From an uncultured Alphaproteobacteria bacterium (GTDB lineage Bacteria; Pseudomonadota; Alphaproteobacteria; HIMB59; GCA-002718135), in contig CACBQR010000002.1 of the NCBI GenBank assembly GCA_902541435.1, positions 515 to 64,514 of the forward strand: a stretch of DNA of 64,000 bases, in the 5' to 3' direction. A program made the translations under genes and the position numbers. Shown here in pieces: positions 1 through 8,940 of this stretch. Positions within the stretch are counted from its first letter, which is position 1. The number at the start of each line of letters is the position of its first letter. The notes below the pieces were generated by a model. That model saw nothing but the letters and a program-made list of their open reading frames with translations, was not told the origin of the DNA and did no database searches.

Positions 1-501
1 ATCAAAAATGAAGATACGCATCAATTAGCTGATGGAAGGAAAGTACTGATTACACACGGAGATGAATTTGATGCTGTGATCATTAATGCGAGGTGGTTAG
101 CCAAAGTGGGATCAGCACTTTATGAATATTTACTAAAGTTAAATAATGTATTTAATTTTATTCGACGAAAGATGGGCTTGTCTTACTGGTCACTGTCTCA
201 ATATTTAAAAAAGAAAACAAAGCATGCAACTAACTTTATTAGTAATTTTGAGTTTGCTGTATCTGATAGAGCTAGAAGAGAAAATGCCGATGTTGTTGTA
301 TGTGGGCATATACATAGACCAGAAATAAAAGAATTAAATGGTGTTCTCTATTGTAATGATGGTGACTGGATTGAAAGTTGTACAGCACTTGTTGAAGATG
401 AAATTGGCAATTTATCAATTCTTAATTGGCCCGAAGAAAGAGAAAATTTAAAATTAATTTCTTTAGAAGAAAGACGAAAAATAAAAGAGGATGCAGCCTA
501 A
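1..501 (+). CDS. plcP: PlcP-like metallophosphoesterase (LpxH / UDP-2,3-diacylglucosamine diphosphatase family), 5'-truncated by window edge
   Basis: Frame 1 is open from nt 1 (IKNEDTHQLADGRKVLITHGDEFDAV...). It aligns along its length with the C-terminal ~165 aa of the complete 268-aa paralog at 6941-7747 (HGDEFD, VVCGHIH, NDGDW). It overlaps the downstream GT gene by 11 nt. Confidence 0.85.
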   Translation: MKNEDTHQLADGRKVLITHGDEFDAVIINARWLAKVGSALYEYLLKLNNVFNFIRRKMGLSYWSLSQYLKKKTKHATNFISNFEFAVSDRARRENADVVVCGHIHRPEIKELNGVLYCNDGDWIESCTALVEDEIGNLSILNWPEERENLKLISLEERRKIKEDAA

Positions 502-1492
502 AAAAATCGCATTAATTAGTGATGCGTGGGTTCCTCAGGTAAATGGCGTAGTTACGACATTTCAAAGCGTTATACCTATTCTAGAAAAAAAAGGTTTTGA
601 AATTAAAATATTACATCCTGAGATGTTTAATAATTTTAGTTATCCTAGGTACAAAGAAATAAAGATTTCTTACAACACTAAGAAAGTTACTGAAAAATTT
701 TTTAAAGAATTTAATCCAGATATTGTTCATATAATGACTGAAGGTCCAGTAGGTTTTGCTGGTCGTAAGTACTGTCTTAAAAATAAACTACAATATACTT
801 CTTCCTTTCACACTCGTTTTCCTGACTACATTAAGCAAAGAGCTTTTATCCCAAAGAGATTTACTTATTCCATATTAAGAAAACTACATAGTGATTCTGA
901 AAAAGTTCTTGTTCCATCAGTTTCAATGCTAAATGAGTTAAAAAAATATAATTTTAAAAATTTAGTAGTTTGGAACAGAGGTGTTGATACAGAATTATTT
1001 AATCCAAATAAAAGAGACACAAACAGTAAAGATAGACAACTGACTTATGTTGGAAGAGTAGCAATTGAAAAAAATATTGAAGAATTTTTAAAACTTAAAG
1101 GAAATTATAATAAAATAGTTGTGGGGGATGGTCCTGAATTAGAAAAATATACTAATAAGTATCCTGAAGTAAATTTTGTTGGTTTAAAAACCGGAGAAGA
1201 ATTAGCAAAGTATTATGCAAACGCAGATGTGTTTGTATTTCCTTCTAAAACAGACACTTTAGGAAATGTAATACTTGAAGCATTGGCTAGTGGAACACCA
1301 GTTGCTGCATATCCAGTAACTGGGCCTATAGATGTATTAACAGATGAGAAGATTAACACTTTAGATAATGACTTATTACAATCAATTAAAAAAGCGCTTA
1401 AAGTAAAAAGGGTTGATTGTAGAAATTTTACACTTAATTTAACATGGGATAAATGCGTGAAAGAATTTTTAGAATACATGGTAAACGTCTAG
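491..1492 (+). CDS. GT4-family glycosyltransferase (Agt-like glycolipid synthase candidate), copy 1
   Basis: 333 aa. N-terminus has SDAW.PQVNGVV. C-terminus has the EKNI...GDGPE...FVFPS.TDT.GNV.LEA.ASG.PV GT-B retaining-GT signature. Roughly 60% aa identity by eye to 5949-6944. Coupled to the PlcP-like gene. Confidence 0.85.
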   Translation: MQPKKIALISDAWVPQVNGVVTTFQSVIPILEKKGFEIKILHPEMFNNFSYPRYKEIKISYNTKKVTEKFFKEFNPDIVHIMTEGPVGFAGRKYCLKNKLQYTSSFHTRFPDYIKQRAFIPKRFTYSILRKLHSDSEKVLVPSVSMLNELKKYNFKNLVVWNRGVDTELFNPNKRDTNSKDRQLTYVGRVAIEKNIEEFLKLKGNYNKIVVGDGPELEKYTNKYPEVNFVGLKTGEELAKYYANADVFVFPSKTDTLGNVILEALASGTPVAAYPVTGPIDVLTDEKINTLDNDLLQSIKKALKVKRVDCRNFTLNLTWDKCVKEFLEYMVNV

Positions 1493-1512
1493 TTATTTAG
1501 GGTAATTTTGTA

Positions 1513-2169
1513 ATGACATATTCTTTAAGACAAAAAATACTAGCAGAATTTATTGGGACATATTTTCTTGTACTAACAGTTGTAGGTAGTGGAATTATGG
1601 GAGAGTTAATGTCAAATGACCTTGGTATAATATTACTAGGAAACACAATTGCAACAGGTGCCATTTTATTTGTAATTATTTCTATGTTTATTAATATCTC
1701 AGGGGCATACTTTAATCCTGCTGTTGTATTAAGTGATATTATTCAAAAAAATATTCCTATTAATTATGGAATAATTTTTATTTTTACTCAGATTATTGCT
1801 GGTATATTTGGTTGTTTAACTGCAAATTGGTATTTTGAATATCCCATAATTGAATGGTCACTCAATGAAAGAGTTGGTGTATTTAAATTCTTTTCAGAAA
1901 TAATTGCAACTGTTGGATTATTATTAACTATTTTTATATTAAAAGAGGTAAACAAGGAAAGAATAGCTATTGGTGTCGCTCTATTTATTACTGCAGGATA
2001 TTGGTTTACATCATCAACAAGTTTTGCAAATCCAGCAGTAACCATAGGAAGAATGTTTACAGATAGTTTTAGTGGAATAAGTCCATCAAGCGTTATAGGT
2101 TTTATTTTAGCTCAGATTATTGGGGCTCTTATTGCTACAGTTACTGTTAGATTGTTTTTTAAAAATTAA
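1513..2169 (+). CDS. MIP-family channel (aquaporin/aquaglyceroporin-like)
   Basis: 218 aa and hydrophobic, with two NPA boxes (YFNPAV and FANPAVTIGR) in the expected half-repeats. Confidence 0.85.
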   Translation: MTYSLRQKILAEFIGTYFLVLTVVGSGIMGELMSNDLGIILLGNTIATGAILFVIISMFINISGAYFNPAVVLSDIIQKNIPINYGIIFIFTQIIAGIFGCLTANWYFEYPIIEWSLNERVGVFKFFSEIIATVGLLLTIFILKEVNKERIAIGVALFITAGYWFTSSTSFANPAVTIGRMFTDSFSGISPSSVIGFILAQIIGALIATVTVRLFFKN

Positions 2170-3071
2170 TTCAACATATCATGTAAATAACCTTCACGAA
2201 TTCCATATCTTACAAAAATAATATTTTTAATATTATAAAATGAAGCAAGGCTAAATAAAATATATGTAGATAATTTTAATTTATCTAATCGATTTGGTTG
2301 GACAACATTCAATTTTTTAATTTGTTTTTTATCCATAGAGTATAATTTGTGATAGAATATTTCTAACTCTGAAAATGGTATCAGGTAGCCATGTAGTTTA
2401 TTTTTCTTGATGCCATTTAGATGTAAATGTAGTTTTGCAAGATTGCGCCACATGCCTCCAATAACATAAATATTTCCGACGTTTTTAGAAAATTTAAGAG
2501 ATTGGTTTTTAAATTTCGAAAATAAAAAATTATCAAATTTAATTTTAGTAGTTTTGTACATATCAGATTCACTTCTTAAGATGCCAATTTTTAAACTTTT
2601 AGTCTCAAGTATGTTCTTATTTTTTATAGTACTAAGTTCTAAACTTCCACCTCCCAAGTCTGCAACTAAACCGATTGGATTTTTTATTGAACTAATTACA
2701 CCTAGGGATCCACATTTAGCCTCATTTTTTGGTGAGAGCACTTCTACTCTTACTGACTTTCTTTTCTTGAAAGGCTCAATAATTTCTTTTCCATTTATTG
2801 TTTCACGAATTGCGGCCGTTGCAATTATATGAATATCTAAGGACTCATAATCTTTTGCAATCTTAATATATTCTTCTAAGCATTTTATAGCTTCTTTTAT
2901 TTTTATCGATGGGAGTTTACCTGTGTTAATACTTTCACCTAATTTTAAAAATTCTCTTTTTTGATAAAGTATTGGAAAAGGATAAATAGCTTGCTCATAT
3001 ATAACCAGTCTAAATGTATTAGAACCTAGATCAATCACTGTTATGGGATTTTTGTTTTTCATTTTAGCCAT
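2166..3071 (-). CDS. ppx: Ppx/GppA-family phosphatase (exopolyphosphatase-like, short form)
   Basis: 301 aa. N-terminal ITVIDLGSNTFRLVIYE and DLGGGSLEL match ASKHA-fold Ppx/GppA motifs. 4-nt convergent overlap with the MIP gene. Confidence 0.75.
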   Translation of the reverse strand: MAKMKNKNPITVIDLGSNTFRLVIYEQAIYPFPILYQKREFLKLGESINTGKLPSIKIKEAIKCLEEYIKIAKDYESLDIHIIATAAIRETINGKEIIEPFKKRKSVRVEVLSPKNEAKCGSLGVISSIKNPIGLVADLGGGSLELSTIKNKNILETKSLKIGILRSESDMYKTTKIKFDNFLFSKFKNQSLKFSKNVGNIYVIGGMWRNLAKLHLHLNGIKKNKLHGYLIPFSELEIFYHKLYSMDKKQIKKLNVVQPNRLDKLKLSTYILFSLASFYNIKNIIFVRYGIREGYLHDMLN

Positions 3072-3103
3072 GGAAATGTATATATCTAAAGTATTAAACT
3101 CGA

Positions 3104-3562
3104 ATGCTACAAGTTTATTTATTACGTCATGCCAAATCTAGTTGGGATAATTTAGAGCTTGATGACATTGATAGACCTCTCAATAAAAGAGGTATGAGAA
3201 ATGCAAAACAATTTTCTAAAATATTAGATAAAAGAAAATTTCAAATTGGTCAGATAATATGTTCTCCTTCTAAAAGAACAACTAGCACATATAATATAAT
3301 TTCTAACTCGTTTGATCGCTCAGTAAAATTTACAATTGATAACGATATTTATGAATGTCCATCAAATATACTTGTAAGAAAAATTAAAAAATTAAAAAAA
3401 AATACTCTTATCATTGGACACAACCCTAGTTTGATAGAGTCAATTAATATTTTATGTAATTCAAATATTGAACATTTTCCAACCTGTGCTTTTGCTATAA
3501 TATCCTTTAAAAATAGCTGGACTATTGATAAAATTTTAAAACCAAAAAATAAAAATTATTAA
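3104..3562 (+). CDS. sixA: SixA-like phosphohistidine phosphatase (histidine phosphatase superfamily)
   Basis: 152 aa. N-terminal LLRHAKS (RH catalytic motif), D.DRPL..RG, later GHNP. Confidence 0.7.
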   Translation: MLQVYLLRHAKSSWDNLELDDIDRPLNKRGMRNAKQFSKILDKRKFQIGQIICSPSKRTTSTYNIISNSFDRSVKFTIDNDIYECPSNILVRKIKKLKKNTLIIGHNPSLIESINILCNSNIEHFPTCAFAIISFKNSWTIDKILKPKNKNY

Positions 3563-3622
3563 AGAAATATGAATTTTTTATGAACATGTTTTTTTTATAC
3601 CTAAAAAATATAAAAAAAAATT

Positions 3623-5722
3623 ATGTTAAAAAAAAATACCGCTTATAACTATGCAAACAGGGAATTGTCTTGGCTAAAATTCAATGAAAGAGTCTTAAGT
3701 CAGACATCTGATAGTAAAATTCCACTTTTAGAAAGGGTTAGATTTTTATCAATAGCATTCTCTAATTTAGATGAATTTTTTATGGTTAGAGTAGCAGGAT
3801 TGAATGTTCAAAAATTTTCACGAAATAAAAGTTTTGATGGATTAACACCACAACAACAACTCAAGCTGATAGATAAAGAAACATCGAAGATGATTTCAAA
3901 TATAAAATCAATATGGATAGATTTACTAAGAGAGCTTTCAGAAAACAAAATCCATATAGATGTAGAAAAAACACTGAAAACAAAAGATAAAACATTTATT
4001 AAAAATTATTTAGAAGAAAATAATTGGGGGGTTTTAACGCCAATTATTATTGATCCATCTCACCCATTTCCTTTTATACCAAATAAAGAAACAACCTTAG
4101 TATGTCGTTTAATGAATAATAAAAAAACTTTTTATGGAATACTAAGAGTGCCAGAGGGATTAGAAAAATTTATTAAATTACCTGGTAAAAAAACACGTTT
4201 TGTATCTATGGAGACAGCCCTACTTATTTCTTTAAAAGAAATTTTCCAGTGTGATAGGGTTTTGGATAAAGGTGTTTTTAGACCAATTAGGAATAGTGAA
4301 TTAGAATTAGGGGGTGAAGGAGAAGATTTATTTTTAGTATTTCAAAAAGCTATTTTTGAGAGAAGAAGACAAGAGGTAATAAGAATTGATTTTGATGAAA
4401 GTATATCTAGTCACTTAATTAAATTCATAAATAAAAAACTTAACTATAAGGATGTAAATACATATAAACTGCCAATACCCGTTAATCTTTCGAGTATAGA
4501 GTCAATTTTTTTGAAAGATTTTAAAAAATTATTTTTTCCAAAATTTAAGGTACGATTTCCTGAAAGAATTAAAGATTTTAAAAATGATTATTTTAAAGCT
4601 ATAGCAAATAAAGATATTGTTATTCATCACCCTTTTGAATCTTTTGAAGTAGTGACGCAGTTTATTGATCAAGCTGCAGATGATCCAAAAGTCTTATCAA
4701 TAAAACATACTTTATATCGAACTACTGATGACTCACCAATAGAAGCAAGTTTAGTTAGAGCAGCACAAAAAGGAAAATTAGTAACTGTCATTATAGAGTT
4801 GCAAGCACGTTTTGATGAAGAGCGTAACTTAAAATGGGCAAAAGAATTAGAATTAGCTGGAGCGCAAGTTGTTTTTGGCAATATTGATATGAAAACTCAT
4901 GCAAAAATTACACTTGTAACAAGGAAGCAAATGAATTCTGTTGTAAATTACGCACATTATGGAACAGGTAATTATCACCCGAGAAATGCAAGAGTTTATA
5001 TGGATTTATCTTACTTCACCTGTGACAAAACATTAACAAATGATGCTGCAAAAATGTTTAATTATTTAACTAGTTATTCTGAACCAACAACAATAAAAAA
5101 AATAGTATATTCTCCAATAACTGCAAGAAACAAATTAAATGAACTAATTAGAAATGAAATTACAAATGCTGGAAAAAATAAACCATCTGGAATAGTATGT
5201 AAGTGTAATGCTCTTGTTGATAAACAAATTATTGATGAATTTTATAAAGCATCTCAAAAAAATGTAAAAATTGAATTGTTGATAAGAGGAATTTGCTCTC
5301 TAATACCTGGTAAAGAAAATCTATCAGAAAATATAGTTGTTAAAAGCATAATTGGTCGTTTTTTAGAACATACGAGAATATATTGTTTTTATAATGGTCA
5401 TAAATTCCCTCATAGAAAAAATATCTTGTTTATTTCTTCTGCCGATTTAATGCAAAGAAATCTAGATAGGCGGGTTGAAACATTTATTCCTATTGAAAAT
5501 GAAACTGTACATGAACAAATATTAAATCAGATTTTAATTGCCAGTATGACAGATAATACAAATTCTTGGCAAATGTTAAGTAATGGCAATTATCAGAAAA
5601 AAGAAATATCAAGCAAAGAGAAAAAATTTTCCTCTCACAATTTTTTTATCAAAAATCCAAGCTTGTCTGGGAGGGGTTCAGCAAAACTCAAATCTAGAGC
5701 TAAGTCTAATTTAAAAATTTGA
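3623..5722 (+). CDS. ppk: polyphosphate kinase 1
   Basis: 699 aa. N-terminal NRELSWLKFNERVL, a central THAKITLV and C-terminal RFLEHTRIY PLD-like motifs are typical of Ppk1. Confidence 0.95.
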   Translation: MLKKNTAYNYANRELSWLKFNERVLSQTSDSKIPLLERVRFLSIAFSNLDEFFMVRVAGLNVQKFSRNKSFDGLTPQQQLKLIDKETSKMISNIKSIWIDLLRELSENKIHIDVEKTLKTKDKTFIKNYLEENNWGVLTPIIIDPSHPFPFIPNKETTLVCRLMNNKKTFYGILRVPEGLEKFIKLPGKKTRFVSMETALLISLKEIFQCDRVLDKGVFRPIRNSELELGGEGEDLFLVFQKAIFERRRQEVIRIDFDESISSHLIKFINKKLNYKDVNTYKLPIPVNLSSIESIFLKDFKKLFFPKFKVRFPERIKDFKNDYFKAIANKDIVIHHPFESFEVVTQFIDQAADDPKVLSIKHTLYRTTDDSPIEASLVRAAQKGKLVTVIIELQARFDEERNLKWAKELELAGAQVVFGNIDMKTHAKITLVTRKQMNSVVNYAHYGTGNYHPRNARVYMDLSYFTCDKTLTNDAAKMFNYLTSYSEPTTIKKIVYSPITARNKLNELIRNEITNAGKNKPSGIVCKCNALVDKQIIDEFYKASQKNVKIELLIRGICSLIPGKENLSENIVVKSIIGRFLEHTRIYCFYNGHKFPHRKNILFISSADLMQRNLDRRVETFIPIENETVHEQILNQILIASMTDNTNSWQMLSNGNYQKKEISSKEKKFSSHNFFIKNPSLSGRGSAKLKSRAKSNLKI

Positions 5723-5731
5723 AAATAGAAT

Positions 5732-5929
5732 TTAATCCCACTCACAATAATTGGACATAAGCAGGAAGAAATAATACTGCGAGTGGTAAGATGTAATTAA
5801 ATTTTATTTTTTACAGACGTGTTAATAGAATATTAAATTTTTATAAATTAAACTAATTTTTTAATTTATTGGTTTTCAAATAAATTTTTTAGTTCCTTCA
5901 ATTTTTGAAAATTGAATCTCTTACTTCTT
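5732..5929. repeat. Direct repeat copy 1 (~198 bp), homologous to 8743-8940; holds a hairpin plus a degenerate arsC 3' end
   Basis: By-eye alignment with 8743-8940 gives roughly 80-90% identity and few indels. The left edge nearly abuts the ppk stop (5722). The right edge lies 19 nt from the GT stop codon. Confidence 0.85.
5872..5929 (-). pseudogene. Relic of the 3' end of an arsC-like gene (frameshifted fragment)
   Basis: The reverse complement reads EVRDSIF then, after a 1-nt deletion, LKELKNLFEN in a shifted frame. The intact arsC C-terminus at 8880-8940 reads EVRDSIFDKLKELKNLFEN*. Confidence 0.6.
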
Positions 5930-5948
5930 AGTAACTATAATTTTAAAA

Positions 5949-6944
5949 TTAATTTTTTGCATTTACAACATTTGATAGAAATTGATTTGCACATTTATCC
6001 CAAGTAAATTGCATTGCAAATTTTCTACAATCTTTTCTATCAATCTTTAAGGCTTTATTAAGTGAGTTTTCAATATTATTATCAAGGCTATCAATTAATG
6101 AGTTTTCTAAAATATCTTTAGGACCTGTTACTGGGTAAGCAGCCACTGGTGTGCCAGAGGCTAAAGACTCTAAAATTACATTTCCAAATGTATCTGTTTT
6201 GGATGGGAATACCAATGCTTCAGCATTTGCATAATAGTTTGCTAGGTCTTGACCTTTTTTCATCCCAACGAAAGACACATATGGATATTTATTTTGTAAT
6301 CGTTGCTTTTCTGGACCATCTCCAACAACAATTTTATGCATCTTAGTTCTTATTTCTAAAAACGCTTCGATGTTTTTTTCTAATGAAACCCTACCAATGT
6401 AAACAATATACTTTTTCATTCCCTTTTTTCTTTTTAAAGGATTAAATAATTCAGTATTAACTCCCCTTGACCAAATTTTAAGATTTTGAAATTGATATTT
6501 AGTTAATTCGTTACGCATAGATATTGTTGGGACCAATACATTACATGCATTTTTATGAAAATTTTTTAAAAAAGAGTACCCAATTATTTTTGGTATCATT
6601 ATTCTTTGCTCTATATATTCTGGAAATCTCGTATGAAAAGAGGTTGTATATCTCAACTTATTATTCTCACAGAATTTTTTCCCCGCAATTCCAACTGGTC
6701 CTTCAGTGGCAATATGTATAACATCTGGATCATAATCACCAAAAAATTTTTCTGTTATTTTTTTTGTATTAATTGCTATTTTTATTTCCTTATACCAAGG
6801 ATAACTAAAATTAGTAAACATCATTGGGTGGAGTACTTCAATTTGATACTTTTGTTTTAAAAATGGATTAATATGTTGGTATGTATTTACCACACCATTA
6901 ACTTGGGGAAGCCAAGCATCGGTAATGATCGCTAATTTTTTCAC
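5949..6944 (-). CDS. GT4-family glycosyltransferase (Agt-like), copy 2
   Basis: 331 aa, collinear with 491-1492 (TDAWLPQVNGVV..., VVGDGPE, FPSKTDTFGNVILESLASGTPVAAYPVTGP). 4-nt overlap with the upstream PlcP-like gene. Confidence 0.85.
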   Translation of the reverse strand: MKKLAIITDAWLPQVNGVVNTYQHINPFLKQKYQIEVLHPMMFTNFSYPWYKEIKIAINTKKITEKFFGDYDPDVIHIATEGPVGIAGKKFCENNKLRYTTSFHTRFPEYIEQRIMIPKIIGYSFLKNFHKNACNVLVPTISMRNELTKYQFQNLKIWSRGVNTELFNPLKRKKGMKKYIVYIGRVSLEKNIEAFLEIRTKMHKIVVGDGPEKQRLQNKYPYVSFVGMKKGQDLANYYANAEALVFPSKTDTFGNVILESLASGTPVAAYPVTGPKDILENSLIDSLDNNIENSLNKALKIDRKDCRKFAMQFTWDKCANQFLSNVVNAKN

Positions 6945-7747
6945 ACTAATACACTTTCTGCTAGTTTGTTATGTTTATGTTGAAAAATTTTTTCTCTTTC
7001 AATTGACCAGTCAATAAGGGATAATTGTCCCTCATTATTTTCCACTAGTGCAGAACAACTCTCAACCCAATCACCATCATTGCAATATAAAACTCCATTT
7101 AATTTTTTTATAATGGGCTTATGAATATGGCCGCACACAACAACATCAGCATTTGCTCTTTTAGCACTATCAGATACGGCAAACTCAAAGTTAGAAATAA
7201 AATTCGTGGCTCTTTTTGTTTGATGTTTGAGAAATTGAGATAATGACCAATAAGATAGACCTAGTTTTCTTCTGACAAAATTTAGATAGTTATTCAACTT
7301 TAATATAAATTCGTATAGAGATGACCCAATACTTGCCAGCCATTTAGCGTTTAATATAACTGCATCAAATTCATCACCATGTAAAACAAGGGCATTTCTT
7401 CCATCAGCTAATTTGTGTGTAAACTTATTTTTTATTGATATATTCCCTAGTGAAAAACTTGTGTAACTTTTCACAAGTTCGTCATGATTACCTGGGATAA
7501 ATATTACTTTTGTACCTTTTCTTGCTTTACGCAAAATCTTCTGGATAATGTCATTATGAGTTTGATGCCAATAAATTTTTTTTTTCATTCTCCATGCATC
7601 AATAATATCGCCAACTAAAAATAAATATTTTGAATCTGTTGATCTCAAAAATTCAAGAAGCATTTCACTCTTGCTATTTTCTGTTCCAAGATGAAGATCA
7701 GATATCCATATAGTTCTATAATATGAAACTGATTGCTGATCTTTCAT
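6941..7747 (-). CDS. plcP: PlcP-like metallophosphoesterase (LpxH family), complete copy 2
   Basis: 268 aa. Calcineurin-like motifs ISDLHLG, VGDIIDAW, PGNHDE, HGDEFD, CGHIH, NDGDW. Gene pairing with a GT matches the phosphate-starvation phospholipase C/glycolipid module known from marine bacteria. Confidence 0.85.
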   Translation of the reverse strand: MKDQQSVSYYRTIWISDLHLGTENSKSEMLLEFLRSTDSKYLFLVGDIIDAWRMKKKIYWHQTHNDIIQKILRKARKGTKVIFIPGNHDELVKSYTSFSLGNISIKNKFTHKLADGRNALVLHGDEFDAVILNAKWLASIGSSLYEFILKLNNYLNFVRRKLGLSYWSLSQFLKHQTKRATNFISNFEFAVSDSAKRANADVVVCGHIHKPIIKKLNGVLYCNDGDWVESCSALVENNEGQLSLIDWSIEREKIFQHKHNKLAESVLV

Positions 7748-7825
7748 TTTATTAATAAATAATAGAAAGAATTTGTTAAAATTTTATTTCAATTACATTA
7801 ACTAAATTTTTTTTTTACAGAAGTA

Positions 7826-8668
7826 TTAATTAAATATTGAGTTTTTATTACTTGGATCTAATCTATAAGTGCTATTCCTTAAAAATTTTGTAATCTCAAT
7901 AAGATTGCCAATTTCTTTTATGGTTTCAAAGGGTATTCTTTGTCCAATATGAACATCAATTTTTTTTCCCATTCTTCTTTTAAGTTCATATATCATTAAA
8001 GAATATCGAAAGACTTGCCCAATTTTATCAGCAACATGAAAAAGTTCGCTATTTTGTCCTTCAAAAAAAATTGGGAGGACAGGTGATTGAGTTTTCATTA
8101 TTATTTTTGAAGTAAATTGTTTCCATTCACGATCTATTGCTTTGATTCCTTTTTTTAATTTTGGTTTCGTTGAAACTGATCCTGATGGAAAAATGATTAG
8201 TGCCCCATTATTTCTTAAGTGTTCTTCGCATTCTTTACGTGCAGCGATATTATTTATTAAAGCATTTCTATTTTTTGAAAAATCAAGAGGAATAATTTTA
8301 TTCTTAATAAGATCTGCTCCTTGTAAAACTTTATGCGTAATAATTTTGTAATCTTGTCTAATTTTACTAATTAAAGAGCATATTGTAAGACCATCAGCTA
8401 TTCCAAATGCATGGTTAGCGATTACTACAAGTTTGCCATTTTTAGGAATATTACTTTTAGAATGATAATGTGTCTGAATACGGAGACCTAATCTTTCAAT
8501 TGCATCATGCCAAAAATTCTCTGGAGGTAAATTTTCTCTTAAATAATCCTCATACAACTTACGTAACTTAATTTTACCCGTTCCCAATTCGGTTAATTGA
8601 ATAATAATCTTTCCAACAGGATTAACTTCGGAGTTAGAAAAGGTAAGCGCTGGTTTATTAATTTTCAT
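7826..8668 (-). CDS. lysophospholipid (PlsC/OlsA-like) acyltransferase family protein
   Basis: 280 aa. HX4D-type motif NHAFGIADG and a downstream FPSGSVS block are typical of glycerolipid/aminolipid O-acyltransferases. Confidence 0.7.
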   Translation of the reverse strand: MKINKPALTFSNSEVNPVGKIIIQLTELGTGKIKLRKLYEDYLRENLPPENFWHDAIERLGLRIQTHYHSKSNIPKNGKLVVIANHAFGIADGLTICSLISKIRQDYKIITHKVLQGADLIKNKIIPLDFSKNRNALINNIAARKECEEHLRNNGALIIFPSGSVSTKPKLKKGIKAIDREWKQFTSKIIMKTQSPVLPIFFEGQNSELFHVADKIGQVFRYSLMIYELKRRMGKKIDVHIGQRIPFETIKEIGNLIEITKFLRNSTYRLDPSNKNSIFN

Positions 8669-8742
8669 AAAATTTACTTTAAATTCTTAATTTTATAATG
8701 TTAAACAATTGTTAAAGTACTCGAAAAAGGAGAAATAAAAAA

Positions 8743-8940
8743 TTAATCCCACTCACAATTATTGGTAATTAGCAGGAGGAAATAATACTGTGAGTGGTAA
8801 GAAACATTTAAATTTTATTGTTTACAAATAGATTAATGGAATATTAAATTTTTATAAATTTAATTAATTTTTAACTTCATTAATTCTCAAATAAATTTTT
8901 TAGTTCTTTCAATTTATCAAAAATTGAATCTCTTACTTCT
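8743..8940. repeat. Direct repeat copy 2 (~198 bp); overlaps the genuine 3' end of arsC
   Basis: See copy 1. Contains hairpin 8749-8797 and the last ~20 codons of arsC. Confidence 0.85.

Noticed and set aside
1213-6860. Multiple 60-110-aa ORFs nested in or antisense to the GT, MIP, ppx, ppk and GT2 genes (e.g. 1213-1479, 1788-2045, 2554-2832, 4669-4881, 6149-6346, 6524-6860)
   Set aside because: All lie fully inside longer ORFs with clear family motifs. None has a recognisable domain, and stop-poor antisense frames are expected in these regions.
7770-7805. Possible 11-bp periodic TTAAT/GAAAT/TTAAC pattern upstream of the second plcP-like gene
   Set aside because: The half-sites are degenerate and indistinguishable from chance in DNA this AT-rich. 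It is not reported as a feature.
8790-8831. 13-codon GTG ORF preceded by AGGAGG inside the repeat hairpin loop (copy 2)
   Set aside because: It is not conserved. In repeat copy 1 the GTG is GCG and the SD-like AGGAGG is AGGAAG, so a leader peptide or small protein is unlikely.
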